The notes: generated by a model from the sequence alone, not told the origin. 64,000 nt of DNA from Dimorphilus gyrociliatus (GCA_904063045.1 CAJFCJ010000006.1:1059771-1123770); one strand, 5' to 3'; numbered from the stretch's first letter, positions 1-17,878 are shown. Program-made: numbers and translations.

Positions 1-2
1 AA

Positions 3-365
3 GTACCAAAATTTCTTATTCAAACTAAAGACAATAAACCTAAAGCATACAAAGGATATAGTAATGATGTGAAAAATTCATTTTTAGTTGCAATGATAGT
101 AGTCGGAGTTATATCTTTGATTTTAATAGTATTTTGGGCAGGTCTCCTCTATAAAAGAGTTTCGCAGTTTAAAAAGTTAAAAACTCAATTAATAAACTTG
201 AAAAAACCGTCTCAGATTGATAAAAGTTTGGAGCATTTGTCGCTAACGTTACAGTATCAATTGATGAATGAAAAGGCTATCATCGGAGATAAACAAAGAA
301 CAGACTACGAGCAATGGTGTGATGAATACTTTCAAGCAATGACACTCTCGGCGTCGCAATATTGA
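3..365 (+). CDS. 3' end of a single-pass membrane protein (5'-truncated by the window edge), family unknown
   Basis: The frame is open from nt 3 to TGA at 363-365. It encodes a hydrophobic segment (FLVAMIVVGVISLILIVFWAGLLY) followed by a basic KR stop-transfer and a ~65-aa tail. Confidence 0.55.
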   Translation, partial: VPKFLIQTKDNKPKAYKGYSNDVKNSFLVAMIVVGVISLILIVFWAGLLYKRVSQFKKLKTQLINLKKPSQIDKSLEHLSLTLQYQLMNEKAIIGDKQRTDYEQWCDEYFQAMTLSASQY

Positions 366-470
366 AACAATATTGTTACTTTATTTTGCTAAGGTTTATT
401 GATAAAGTGTATCATTTAACGCATACTCTCTTTTTCGTGATTCTGGTGCTTTGAAACTCAGATGTGAAAA

Positions 471-3400
471 TTATATTATAATTTTTGAAGGAGGATAAAG
501 AGTGAGTGATTCGGAGAATTCTTCTAAAGTAGCAGCTCCTCCCGTCTCCAGTATTTTTAGCTTAAGAGCCTGTTTGGTTTCCTCGCCACCCTCCTTATTC
601 TCATCTGCGGTGGGATTACCTAGAATTCTTACGCTTAGCTTCCTTCTTTTTTCGCTTAATCTTAAATGGTCAATGTACCATTTTCGAACATCTTCCAATT
701 TTAGTTTCTTCAATTCATCAATTTCTTTGGTACGCCTGTCAAAGATGTACGTATCATCAACGATTTCACGCCACCATCGACAAGTTGGTTCTGTAATATT
801 TGTATCTTCGCAAGATCTCCATTGAATCATTGCTTCTCTCTAAATAGGTAGGGAAATTAACAAAATTTTAATATTTGAATTTCATATCGTCTTTCTGCTT
901 CTAAAAAATGTATTAGTTTCATTTTCTAAATTAACAAAACAAACATATTACCTGACTCTCAAACATCGATGATCCCTTATCGCTGAAAAGCATTTCATCA
1001 AATTCAGCAAGGAAGTCTTCAATACATTCGTTTAATTTTTCAATTGTAAACTTATTCGCTTGGCTATAAACTGTTATGGAGACTGCTAATATACCACAAG
1101 TGACCCGATGAATAACTTGCACTGTATAACCCAGTTGCATTCTGGTTCTTAGAATATTAAAAGCTGGTTCTTCCAATAAATGCTGTGTATCAAGTTAAAA
1201 TCTTATTATTGGATTATCAAAAGGCTTTGAAAGAAACTATCATTAAAAATATTAATAATTTAATTACCACAAGCAACTGATTGGTTAAGGCTTCTCTACC
1301 CGTACATGGACCGTGTTGATAATAATTTGTAATCACTGAAATCACGTCATTTTTGTTGAAATTTTCGGCTGAGATCGTTCTTTCACCCTCAGGAAGAGAT
1401 TTACACGAACCCTAAAATTAAAGTTATTAAAAATCATTCAATACAGAGGTAAAACATTTACTAACAAAGAGTTTCTTCCTCATTTCAGGGCTAAGGGGTT
1501 TAGAATTCAGATTCGTCTTGATGACATTTTCAAGAGCGAGGGCCTCCTGATATTTTTGAAAAAATATATATGCATATGTTTGTTTAATATATATGAATAT
1601 GACTAAAATTCATTACATCAGGTGTCATGTTTCCGTGTACAAGACCTTCTATGTAAAGATTATTGATAAATTGTTTAGATAGATTCAAAACGTCATCAAT
1701 TGTAATCGATTCTAGAGCTTCCCTCATCTCTACCCTTCCCCAATATGGTTTCATTAATATAGACAATCGTAGTTCGCTGTACAGTAAAAAAACATAATGA
1801 AGTAGAAAGAAAACGCTAAATAAAAATATAGATATTACCTGTTCAACTTTTGAGGTTTTATTACAGTATTATAATAATTGCGCTTAACAAGATCTTTAAC
1901 TGCAGTAAAGAGATCCTCTTTAACAGTAAAGTTTGCAAAAGCATTTATAATACTCTCAAAAAGTTTCTGTTTTTTTATTTTAAAGAAAATATTAATGCTT
2001 TTTTTTATTAATAATTTTTATTATTTCAATCTTACTTGAAGTTTATCATTGAATCCTAACAATTTCAATTCGGCTCCGCTTTCGATACGGTTTAAATAGT
2101 ATCTATAAAATTGCAAAAACATAATCAAAAGGAGTATAAAGAACGCTTAAATAAGCTTACTTCAAATGAGCCATTTCGGCATCGTAAACAATCTCTGTAA
2201 GATTTTCTTCAATGATTCGTAAATATATATCAAAAGTGGCAGTTCTAAGAAATTAAATTGAAATATTAAAGGTTAATTAAAAGTTTATTAGTTTGTCTTT
2301 TTTTACTGTTTTGGAGATTGCAAGACTAAAGGATTTGCCAAGTAAAAGCAGACGTAAGCTGTATATTGAAAAGTAAATTTTTTACTATATTACATAAATA
2401 TTAAGCTTAAACAATAAATGTACCTCTTGGAACGTTAAATGTAGAATCTTTCTTAAAACGTAGAGTTAAGAGTTCACTTTTCGATAGTACAACTGGAACC
2501 TGAAAAAAACGACAATAAATAAATAATACAAAATTATTTTTTGGGTAATCATGATTTTTTAAAACAAACATTTGAATTGTCTTTGTACTCCTTTAGAGCA
2601 AAATTCGATGGTATAAACTCATTCGGGTGTGGTAGATGGAAACTTTCGTCAGGTACGCAATCTTCATAAAGTAGTCAAAATTTAAGTGATTAAATACTAT
2701 ATATATAATTAATTATATATCTTACTCTCCCACTGTTGATACTGTTCCTCTGATATAGCTTTACAAAAAAAACAATAATGAATATATAATACAAATAGTG
2801 TATTATTGTGACAATTACCTACTACTCCATATTCTGTTCCAAACCATTTTTCATTAATATTAGTATTCTCTTTACTGTGTTCCTGAGTTGAAAAAAATAT
2901 ATGACAACTTCTTGCATCCAATAAAAGAGTTGCTTTTTGTATCATCTGTATAGAAGGATAAACGTAGCTAGTTTTTAATCTAATTTCATTAAATAATCGA
3001 TAGCTTACATCAGGATCGTATTTATATAACAAATGTTCACCAGTAATATATTCAGATACTTCATAGGTTTGCATATTGTTACACAAATTGGTCACGTAAT
3101 CTGAAGGGTCAGTCTGAAAAATTCAGTTTTTTTGAAATAAAAATTATACATAGATTTCTAACAATTATATTTATAAAACCTCTTCCTTAAATCTAAAATT
3201 ACATTCTTCTAAAGTTTGTATTTCTTTATAAATGCGTTCGTTTGGTCCGGAAAGCCGAAGCATTTTGAGGTACTGATCGGAAATATTGAAAAAAAATTAT
3301 TTGTGAAGAGATTTGTGAAGAGAATACAATATATGCTGTATAATCGATGTGTTTTATTTACCTGGAAAACAGCAGCAAGGATCTCATCCGTATGTTTTAG

Positions 3401-5414
3401 ACCCTCTTTAGTCATATATATACCAATACTAAATAATGAAGAAGTATCATTTGATTCAAAACCGCCTTTGCCATTACCGGCGTGAAGAGAGAGAGCCCAG
3501 GTGCGTTTTTTCAAATATGACAGCAAGCTTCCCTTACTTTCATGACCAATTAGCCAAGATAAGTACTCTAAGGGTTTCACCCTTAAATAACAAAATATGA
3601 TAAATATCAACTTATATTGCAAATATCATAAAATACTCTACAAGTATTCTCGTGCATAAGAAGGAAGGGACCAAGTTATTTCCAATTGATGAAAGATTTT
3701 AACAGTTTTCACTAAATTAAAACATAATAATTACTAATCATAATTAATAGATCTTAACAAGTCAATACTTTACAATGTAATAATAGATAACAGTGTACAG
3801 AGTTTATGCCCTTTAATGCTCGTGAAAAATATGTAAATTACCTCTATGCATACAAGTAAAATTTGAAGTTTTGAAAGGGTTTTGATAAATTTCATCCATA
3901 AATATTGGTTTTGGGAGTTTGCTGGTGGAAAGAGTATGTTTGATAGAGTCGTCATAATGAATACAATTTACAATTACTTATTTGAAATTTTTCCATAATA
4001 TTCGACTACCCAATTTTGAAGCGTGTCAAGATTGTCTAAAAGAAATAAGATATAAGATTTTGCATGTATAAAGAATAACGATTCGTTTGCAATATACTAA
4101 CGTTTAGATTGGACAGCTAATGTCATATAATGCGAGGAATAATGCCTTGCGTAGAATTCTTTCAATTCCTTATAAATATCAATACCCTTTGATTCTGGAT
4201 CGATTTTTAAGGATTTGCTATTTCCTTTTGAAAGTAAAAATAAGTTTCCAAGTTAGATTTTTTATCGGTTGTCAATTGCAATCATAGGTTACCCCACATA
4301 AACTTTCCCATAGGATGGTCGGTTGACGATAGAGAGCCAAGAAGTTGTTCTTTACGATTTCCATCAGAATTTTTTCCAATATCAAACTCTAGATAAGAAA
4401 ACCAATTAATCATACCTTTGAAGTGGAAGGAATAGTTTTTACGAACCACTATCAATAGCTTTTAACTCTCTATCAATACTGTCCTTGGACATAAGTGGTG
4501 CAACAAAGAAATTTGCAAGACGATCCATTCCTTGTCCAAAATTTTTTCTAGTCATATCAAAATAGAAAACCGTCTAATGAAACAAACAAGACTTTAAACT
4601 ATTTATAATTAGATAAATGAAAGCATACTTTATCACAGTCTGTATATGCATTAGAGCCTCCGCCATTTTCTTGGAGAAATGCATCAAATTCATTTTCTTT
4701 CGGATATTTTTCACTACCCATAAATACCACTATAGTGATATAGATATTGTAAAATTAACAGTTGTCAAGAAAAACATAAAAGCTACTAGTCTTACTATGT
4801 TCTAGGAAGTGAGCCATTCCTGGCATACACTGAGGATCGGAAAAACTGCCAATACCGATGCAAAGAGCTGCTGCTGAGAGCTTTTCTCCTCCCAACTTGC
4901 AATCTCTTTCATCTCCCTCCGCCTCGTTTTCTTCCCCCTCGTCTTCACCAGATAATGATTCTGGAGTATTTTTTGTAATGACTTTATACATCATCTTTAA
5001 TATTAATAAATAATCAGTTGCATTTTTACCTTCTCCTGATGAGTCCTCACCCTCGCTCATGGGTTCTGCAGCATTATGCAAATCTAGAGCTTCTTCTGTT
5101 TCACCATCTCTTAAATCCGAAATTAGCAACGCTCTCAAGCCGTTTGGTAATTCAATTGCACTAAAAAGTTTTAAACTTAGTAACTTATTTTCGCTTAAAA
5201 ATTACAGCTGTAGTACTAAAATATGGTAGCATGTTTGGTTAACAGTGTCATTGCGAAAAGGTGAGTTTTTCATGAAAGAATAAAAGTTTTAGTGTTAAAG
5301 CTTTTCAATTTTTTATAATATAGAAAGGCAAATAATACACAAATCAATACTTTATTACCGATATGACTTTTTGTCATTAGGTGACTTTTTCACTTCTCCT
5401 AGTAAGACAACCAT
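471..5414 (-). CDS. NRDC: Nardilysin-like M16A (insulysin family) zinc metalloendopeptidase, multi-exon
   Basis: Exon 1 (5414-5359) encodes MVVLLGEVKKSPNDKKSYR and splices to AIELPNGLRALLISD. An acidic insert (EDEGEENEAEGDE) precedes SAAALCIGIGSFSDP, and the inverted zinc motif HFLEH-MVFMGSEKYP is split by an intron. Later exons give KPLEYLSWLIGHESKGSLLSYLK and EPAFNILRTRMQLGY. Stop TAA is at 473-471. Confidence 0.9.
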
Positions 5415-6053
5415 GGTACCGAAGGAGCGATTTTAGGAACTCTGCGAATTTTGTCTCAATATCTTGCGTGTATGAAATTACGAGCAATGAAGTATGAAAT
5501 ACTGCAAAAGATATATTATAATTGAATTAATTTTGTATGTAATGCACTTTAAACTGTATTGTGATAAATATTAAAACTTTACATGAAACTTCTTTGAATT
5601 ATTTCTGCGCGTGGATGATACAACAAAAAAAACAAATAAGAAAAATTAAATTTCCAATATACATAATTTTATTATGACAAAGAAATTAAATTGAGAAATT
5701 TGATTCAAATTTATTTATTGAAAAATAAAAAATTTTCAATCAAGAACTCTTTGTCATTACACCACCGGAAGTCAATATACGGAAGTACTGATTTCAGTGA
5801 AATTCCGCCGGTGATAAACCATTCTCTCTCGAAATTCACTAACTTAGGACCTAGTTGTGTCGACAAAAAGAAGTATAGTAAGAACTAGGTACGTTTGTGT
5901 TTACATTGAACTATTTATTTATTTTGTTGTTAACTTCAAAAGCCATAAATCAGAGACATAACAATTTAATGTAAAACGAATATCAATGACGTTTTGGAAT
6001 ATCGACATCTATATATTTTTATAAAAATATTCTCAATTAATAATTTTACAGAT

Positions 6054-6521
6054 ATGGCCGCTAGTCGTAGATTGGCTAAAGAGTTGAGCGATATCAAAAC
6101 ATCTGGATTAAAAACCTTCCGGGATATCGAAGTTGATGATGCGAATATACTATCTTGGAAAGGAATTATACTTCCCGACTCAGCTCCGTACAATAAAGGA
6201 GCGTTTAAAATAGAAATACATTTTCCAGCAGAATACCCTTTCAAACCCCCTAAAATAACATTCGTTACCAAAATCTATCATCCGAACATCGATGAAAAAG
6301 GCCAAGTATGTCTACCAATAATCAGCACTGACAATTGGAAGCCAGCAACGAGAACGGATCAGGTAATACAATCATTGATTGCTCTTGTTAACGATCCAGA
6401 ACCGGAACATCCATTACGTGCTGATTTAGCCGAGGAATTTACCAAAGATAAGAGAAAGTTTATGAAGAACGCTGAGGAACACACAAAAAAGTGGGCTGCC
6501 AAGCGTCCCTCCGACTCTTAA
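6054..6521 (+). CDS. UBE2L3: Ubiquitin-conjugating enzyme E2 L3 (UbcH7), 155 aa, intronless CDS
   Basis: [11 protein letters not shown]...[33 protein letters not shown] (active-site Cys)...[14 protein letters not shown]. The true ATG is 6054; the ORF-track extension from 5994 lies in a probable 5'-UTR intron (GTACGT at 5889 to TTTTACAG at 6051). Confidence 0.95.
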   Translation: MAASRRLAKELSDIKTSGLKTFRDIEVDDANILSWKGIILPDSAPYNKGAFKIEIHFPAEYPFKPPKITFVTKIYHPNIDEKGQVCLPIISTDNWKPATRTDQVIQSLIALVNDPEPEHPLRADLAEEFTKDKRKFMKNAEEHTKKWAAKRPSDS

Positions 6522-7263
6522 AAGAGGCGTTGGTGTAATACGCCGTCCTGCTTATGCAACTTGTACACAAAAATACTTTCCTCAATAAATAAAACTAGCA
6601 CTTTGTAATTTTTCGTTTGCTGACCAATAGTTATTTAAGTATCACGATGTTTATCCTGGCGAATCATCGTCTTTGTAACTTGAATCTATGTAAAAGTAAA
6701 ACGAAAGTGTGTGAGGCCATATGATTATGTTAACTAATCAGTCTGTCATCCTTCGTATGGTGATTAACTGAATATCTGTTCAATAAATAAGCTTTTCGAG
6801 TGCTGCAATAGGATTTTAATGATTTATTGCAAAATTCTTAGTGTAATTTCTTTTCAAGTTGTATGAATAATGAAAAATTCTACAGTGAAAAAAAGGAACT
6901 AATTTATCATATAACACAGATGGCGATACTGCATCGAACTCTTTTCATCTGTTTGCTTTGAAGAAACAAAAGTAAATAAAGCCATTCATATTAAAAGATT
7001 TTATATTGGCAGGAAAATATAGAGTTAAAGAAACTTAAAATAAGACTTATCAGGTATATTTTTTTTTACGAAGAAAAGACTGGTTGTAGGATGGAAATCT
7101 TACTTGATACTTTAGAATCGGTTATTTTTCTTAAAGTAGCAAATATAGATAAAGTTTTTAAACCATATTGAAAAATGCTATTTAAAAAATATAATAATTT
7201 ATCACAAATATTTTTTCTTTTGCGACTACTAGTGGAAAAAGAGTTAAACACATTCGATGCTTT

Positions 7264-7275
7264 TGCGCATGCGCA
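7264..7275. promoter_or_regulatory. Perfect NRF1-type palindrome TGCGCATGCGCA upstream of FAM135
   Basis: Exact match to the NRF1/ewg consensus YGCGCAYGCGCR in very AT-rich intergenic DNA, ~0.9 kb before the FAM135 ATG and ahead of likely 5'-UTR exons. Confidence 0.6.
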
Positions 7276-8169
7276 GTCAGTTTATTTGGACGAGCCATAA
7301 ATGAAATTGTTTTTTTTAATTTTCCGTCAGTATACCATCTAATCTCTCAATTCTTCCGCGATCTTCAATCCAGTTTCATAAGGAGAATTTATTGGAATAG
7401 AGGTATTTAAAATTCTGTCTATTTAATAAGAATGAATCAATTAAGCGACTAGTCACAATGTTCAACCTATTGAAGAATATGTGATTATTGACAGGAATGA
7501 ATGCTGAGTACAAGTAGAAAATCAGCCAAGCTGCAAAAAGCTAAAAAACGTAGAAAAGTTAAAAGAATAAGAAGTAAGTAAAATCCAAAGCATTTTGCCC
7601 ATCAAATTTAAGAACTGATTACAATTAGTAAAGAGCATGATTAAAAACATTCTACATAATTATGTATTGTTAAATTATAGCTCATTCTTCGTCTGGAAGT
7701 TCTTGGCTGTGTGCATGTAGTTCTGGCGTACATACACTACCAGTGTAAGATATTTGTGTTTATTGATTGTCTTTCTTCCAACACGTGTTCAGTCGTTGTA
7801 CTTCCTAATTTTTATTAACAACAACTCTCTTGGTCAAAGTTAGAGCGAATGATTATGGAAAAATGTGATAAAAGAAAATCAAAGAGCATGATTAACTTTG
7901 CATGCTTGATAATTTCTAACCGATGCATTATACTTTTTTGTGATCTCATTTAGATTATTTCCGTTAGGATATACTTTTAATTTAGTTTTTATTTAGACTA
8001 TTTTTTAGAGCCAGAAACTATTTTCTAGTTGTCTTTTAAAATTATGTTTCTCACAAAGTTCTTGATAAAGAAAATAGGAAAGTTTATAGTATTTAGATGC
8101 TCTCGGCTAATATAAGTGTGTAAATTAATGAGAACTGATGTTGTTGGAAAAATTAGATTACATAAATAA

Positions 8170-12731
<4,562 letters not shown>

Positions 12732-12997
12732 TAAGTGCCATGACGAAAGAAATGTGATTTTTTCACTTTTAATCTTCGTACGTAATTGTAAAAAAAAATA
12801 GAAAAAAAAGTAAAAGAGCAGCCAAAGACAAACTAAAAAAAAATATTTATATATACTGTGTATATATATATATAAATATTAGCAAAAAAAGACTAAAAAT
12901 TTCATATATACAACAGTTATAACAGTTATACAATTATAATGAATTAGGAAAGAAAAGTCCTGGAAGAAGAAACCGAAAGGACAAAATTTTGAATCTA

Positions 12998-13032
<35 letters not shown>
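12998..13032. repeat. Imperfect (TA)n microsatellite
   Basis: About 17 TA units with one C interruption, seen directly. Confidence 0.85.
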
Positions 13033-13512
13033 CACTAATATATCTTTTTATCGTTTTTTTTTTAAAAATTATCTCTATCCTCCCTATTTTTCAGTTTGTA
13101 CTGATCTGTGTGTTTTTTTTGCACTGTATAGTTGAACAATTCTCAATAAATTGAAAGAGTGAGAATGATATTAGTCAAAAAAAAAAAATAATAAAAAAAA
13201 AATACTGTCATTGTGTTTCTTAGTAGAAAGACAAAAAAAAAAAGTTTATCTTCCGTCATCACAATGAAACAAATACACATGCACGTAAGAAATTTGCATC
13301 TTTAACTGAGCAAGTTGTTCCTTTAATAGCGAACTTTGCTTAGTACTGAATATTATCTGTGTTTACGAAGCCTATAGCGCATTAGCAGAACGAACTAACC
13401 TCTATGCTTAACTAAGGTTTATTAGTTGTTGTATAGTTAACGGGTCAGATCGTTCCGAATGAAGTTTAGAGAACAGTTTGTACCTCTTATTTCTGATTCA
13501 GTTAGCTTCAGA

Positions 13513-14505
13513 ATGTCTTCTACACAAGGGTCTGCTGGTATTAAGGCGTTTATGGCTGCAAAAATTTCCCAGATGATGAACGATAACGAGAATTCTGTAA
13601 GTCAATATATTAAATACTTGAGTAATATATAAAATTTATTGAACATCTCTACTATAATTGTCTTCTACTTATATAGAATAGTCCAAAACCTCCTCTTTCT
13701 CCAGCTTTGAGCGATAAGCCACCAAAAGTCGACGACGCTTCAATTCAATGTGAGAACGTTGGTTTGTTCCAATGCCACTTATGTCCTTACAAGGTATTGT
13801 TCGTTCCTTCGTTTCGCACTATGTAAATCCATTTTTTTAGGAGAAATTTTTCGTACTTTTTTTTATTATGTAAAAACAGTACTCTTCTAATGATATATAC
13901 TTATTTATTTGCTTTCCCTTTATTAGTCTTCCCATAGAGGATCTTTAAAGTCCCATTATGCCGTTCATTCTGATGAAAGACCATTTGCGTGCGACATGTG
14001 TACATACGAAGCAAAGAGACATTATGATTTAAAAAAGCATCAAATTCTCAGGCATGGTAAAAAAGATCTTGTATCTAGAAAAAATCAAGCGGTTTCCAGG
14101 ACTGGACGGAAAAGACTATTAACTAGTGTTAGTAGTTCGAATTCTTCGGAAGATAGCGATTCTCCTCCGCCCTCCTCGTCCGCTAAATTGGAAGGAAGTC
14201 CCAAAGAAAGTGGTGCCATTTCTTTTTTGCTTCAACAAAATTCATCCCCGCCAGCCGACCGTTCCCTAGCAATTTGTCAAGCTTCTTCGTCAACAACGCC
14301 TAACTGCGCAAAGGAAGTAGGCATCGAGTCAAGAAAGTCTTGGTCGTGTACCCATTGCGATATACTCTTTTTTGACAGTGCTCTATACTTTCTACACATG
14401 GGGATGCACGATAGCTCAAATCCATGGAGTTGTAACATATGCCATTGGAAATCTACTAATGTTTATAGTTTTACGTCCCACTTCATAAATAGTCATCAAT
14501 CATAA
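13513..14505 (+). CDS. Ikaros/Hunchback-type C2H2 zinc-finger protein, ~259 aa, 3 coding exons (13513-13596, 13677-13793, 13927-14505)
   Basis: Two N-terminal fingers (FQCHLCPYKSSHRGSLKSHYAVH-SDERPF-ACDMCTYEAKRHYDLKKHQILRH). The C-terminal pair (CTHCDILFFDSALYFLHMGMHDSSNPWSCNICHWKSTNVYSFTSHFINSH) has the Ikaros/Hunchback dimerisation-finger spacing. Confidence 0.8.
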
Positions 14506-14793
14506 ACAAACAAACAAACAGACAAACAATCAAAAGTAACAAAAAAGACATCGCAAAATTTTGTCGTTTTTATTAACCTACTTTGTTGTATTATTATCTA
14601 TTAAAGGTTAAATTATTCTTTTCGATTTTGTATATTTGTTATTTTATTGAATAAATAAATTTCAAAGAATTTAATGAAGAAAAAAAAAATAATTTTATAG
14701 AATTTTGTTTTTTTTAAAAAAAAAGGTACATTTTTTCTAATTTTCGATTTGAAAGGTTAAATAAAGAAGGTTAATGGAGAATTAATTGATTGA

Positions 14794-16294
14794 TTACTTT
14801 TCTAATCGATCTATCTTTTTCACTAAGGTTACAAAGTCGTAGGCACTTGACGTTCTTCGACTCATTTTCCTTTTATAAGTTTCATTTTCCTTTGCTGTTA
14901 TAACTCTATGGGCAATATCGAATCTATTTTCAACCATTTTAGCAATTGTCTTCCCATCTATGCCCTCTAAACGAGTTTGAATATCTCTCTCCATTAATTC
15001 GTCCCATAATCTAACTTCGAGAATGTTCTTATCGATAATTGCGTGTATAGGAGCATAACCTATATTATTCTTTATATGAATATCAGCTCCTTTCTTGAGT
15101 AATAGAATTATAGTTTCAATAAATTCGTACTTAATAGCAATGTGTAAGGGAGTTTCGCCGTCCAAATTGTTTTGTAAGTCTAAATCAGCTCCGAATGTTA
15201 TTAATGTCTCAACGCATTTAGTAGTCATATCTCGTTTAGCGGCTATATGTAAAGCTGTAAATCCAAGTCTATCCTCTCTGTTTACGTAATCTGAGTCTAA
15301 CTCTTCAACATTACGTAAAATGTCTCTGGCGGAAGAGAATCTTCCATAGTCGGCAGCCTCGTGGAGCGGAGTTCTTTTTGAGATATTCTCAACTTCAATT
15401 TTAGCTCCTTTATTGATTAGATACTGTGTAATATCACCAGTACGTGCTTTACAAAATAAGAAAGTTAGTTCCATTAGTTCTTTTACGAACAAAAGAGTCA
15501 CTTACCCCTAGCAGCGTAATGTAGAGGTGAATTCAGGCTGGAGTCTATTATATTTACATTGGCCCCACATTCTATGAGTTTTTCTACATTAGACAAATGT
15601 CCTCTTTCTGATGCTATATGTAAAGGAGTTCGGCCACCACTATCCTGTATATCAACAGGACAACCGGCTTTAATTAGATATCTAATTAATCTCTCTTGAT
15701 TATTATATTCACAAGTTCTATGTAGTGGAGTTACATGAGCTTTCGTTCCACGTTCAATCATATTAAAGTTATTCTCTATGAATATATTTAAAAGTAATTA
15801 ATTAATTAATGACCTCAAATACTTGTTTTTTATTAAATATAAATAAATATATCTCTTTTTTTTTTAAAAAAAACAATTCTTGGCATAATTATGTAATTAA
15901 AATTTTATCTTAAACGGATAATCTACAATAGAGGTCGTTGAAATTTACAGTATATATATATATATATATATATACTGTATACGTTATATAGTCATTTATG
16001 TATTTTTAACTAACCTATTAAAATCGAAAGTATAGTTTGAAAATCTTCCCATTTTTCATTCTGACTGTTAATTCTTAGGGAACAATATTCTTCGATTACG
16101 TCATGAACTATACATCGTTTTCTATTTATTGGACATCCTTTACTATTCGCTTCTTGTACAATTTCTTTAATTTCATCAATATTCCAATCTCTAATGGCAT
16201 CCAAAAATTTCCCCGAATAGTCAACAGATGATGACGATTCTGACAAACTATTATAACCAGTGTCTTCGCTACTTATTGATTCCTCATTCGCCAT
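14794..16294 (-). CDS. Ankyrin-repeat protein, ~400 aa, 3 exons (16294-16015, 15775-15506, 15446-14794)
   Basis: About 7 ankyrin cores (TPLHRTC, TPLHIAS, SPLHYAA, TPLHEAA, TALHIAA, TPLHIAI, APIHAII). The GT-AG joins keep the frame across three ORF-track fragments. Confidence 0.85.
15951..15974. repeat. (TA)12 microsatellite in ankyrin gene intron 1
   Basis: Seen directly; flanked by TACAG and CTGTA. Confidence 0.9.
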
Positions 16295-17878
16295 AGTAAA
16301 CTAAATCAATTTGTATGGCGATGCTTAGGCCTAATAAATTATTAAATAGACAATGAAACAATGCTAGGTCGGTTGGCTACATGGCCGATAAGAATTTTAT
16401 TGCAAGTTTTAAAGTAGGCTTAAAGCACCGAGTAAAAAATTTACAACTTAATATAAAGCTATACCTAGACAAAGAGATGAATAATTGGATATGCATAATC
16501 GGTGGCGGCGAAATAAAAGTTTTGTATAAGAATATCGTTTTTTTTCTCTTTCTCTTTTTCTCTATATAATAAAGAATAAAATAGACAATGCGTTAGATAC
16601 TTTACTTCTTTTTGTATTAAGGATTTCATCCTTTTTACAATACAATATCTAAAAATAGCTCAAAGAATAATTTTCTAACGAGAAACATATATTATCTACT
16701 TCAAGGGTAAAAGAAAAAGTAAAATTTAAAAAGTTTTGCCTTAACAGTAAGCACGTCACGTAGTTGTCACGTAATACGAAATATTTGTTTTTTTTATATA
16801 AAAAAAAGAGAGAGAGAGCGAGAGAACTTAAAAACATTGATAAGGTTTGGGCCGAATTAGCTGAAATATTTTCCTTTGATTCTATTGGAAAGTTACTTGG
16901 ATACTTTATTCTAATGTAACTGTTTATCAGATTCTTTTACTTGTCATTTATTGTTTTGTCCAGAACTATATGATAGAGACGGAAAGAGAGAGAAAATACA
17001 TTTTTTTCACCTTTAAAATGAATAATATATACAATATATTATTGATTAAAACCAAATATTTACTAGACTGCGATACAGCGGTTACTTGAAAAATAAAAGT
17101 GACATGTACTTTTTGGGAATTCTCTTCCTATCCTACAAACCTTTCAATAAGAAGGATTAAATGTTTAACTCTTTCTTAAAAATACTCAACGTCAAATTGT
17201 CATAGGAAAAGATGCAATTAAATGCCATAATAAGCGTCTCTTAGAGATTATTATACATTTTGTACTTCCTCAAAATACTAGAACGGTATACAAGACATCC
17301 TTCATTATATGATTATTAAGAACTGTCTGGTATGAATAATGGCTTTTGTGCATAGCCTTTAAAATTTTCCTTCAAGATATAAAATATCCAGGTCAGAGTC
17401 TTCCCTTAGGAAATAAAGATATTGCGAATAATTAACAGACGAACTCGAAGAAGATATAAGAAATCTCAACTAGTAATATTTCATTAGATTCTCTATTCAT
17501 TATCTTCTTTTCCAAGCTTAATCTTAAACAAAGAAAAGAAGCTAAAATTGATACTTTAACATATTAGAATTAATTAATTAATTAACCTAAAGTACAAAAG
17601 ATTCCCAATTCTAATGAATATTTAAAATGACTAATTTATAAAAAACAAAGAAGGCAAAAGAGGAAAGATTGTAATCTCAATAAAATCATGAAATTGCAAC
17701 TAGACTCTTTATTATTATTATTATTTACAACAATTAACTGTTAATAGTTGTATTTTAAGAAACAATAAGATAGAAGAAATATGATGTTTTTATATTGTAC
17801 TATGTAAATTTATTAGTATTTTTGCCTTTTTATTAAGCGCATAAGTTGGCTAACGTGTAAATAATAAATGTATAAAAT

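Noticed and set aside
5966-6271. 101-aa ORF antisense to UBE2L3, and similar antisense ORFs over NRDC, FAM135, SLC5A7, USP38 and MEPCE
   Set aside because: They are shadow ORFs of well-supported opposite-strand genes.
15946-15979. 34-bp perfect palindrome TACAG(TA)12CTGTA
   Set aside because: (TA)n is self-complementary by nature, only 5 flanking bp add to it, and there are no TIR/TSD features of a MITE.
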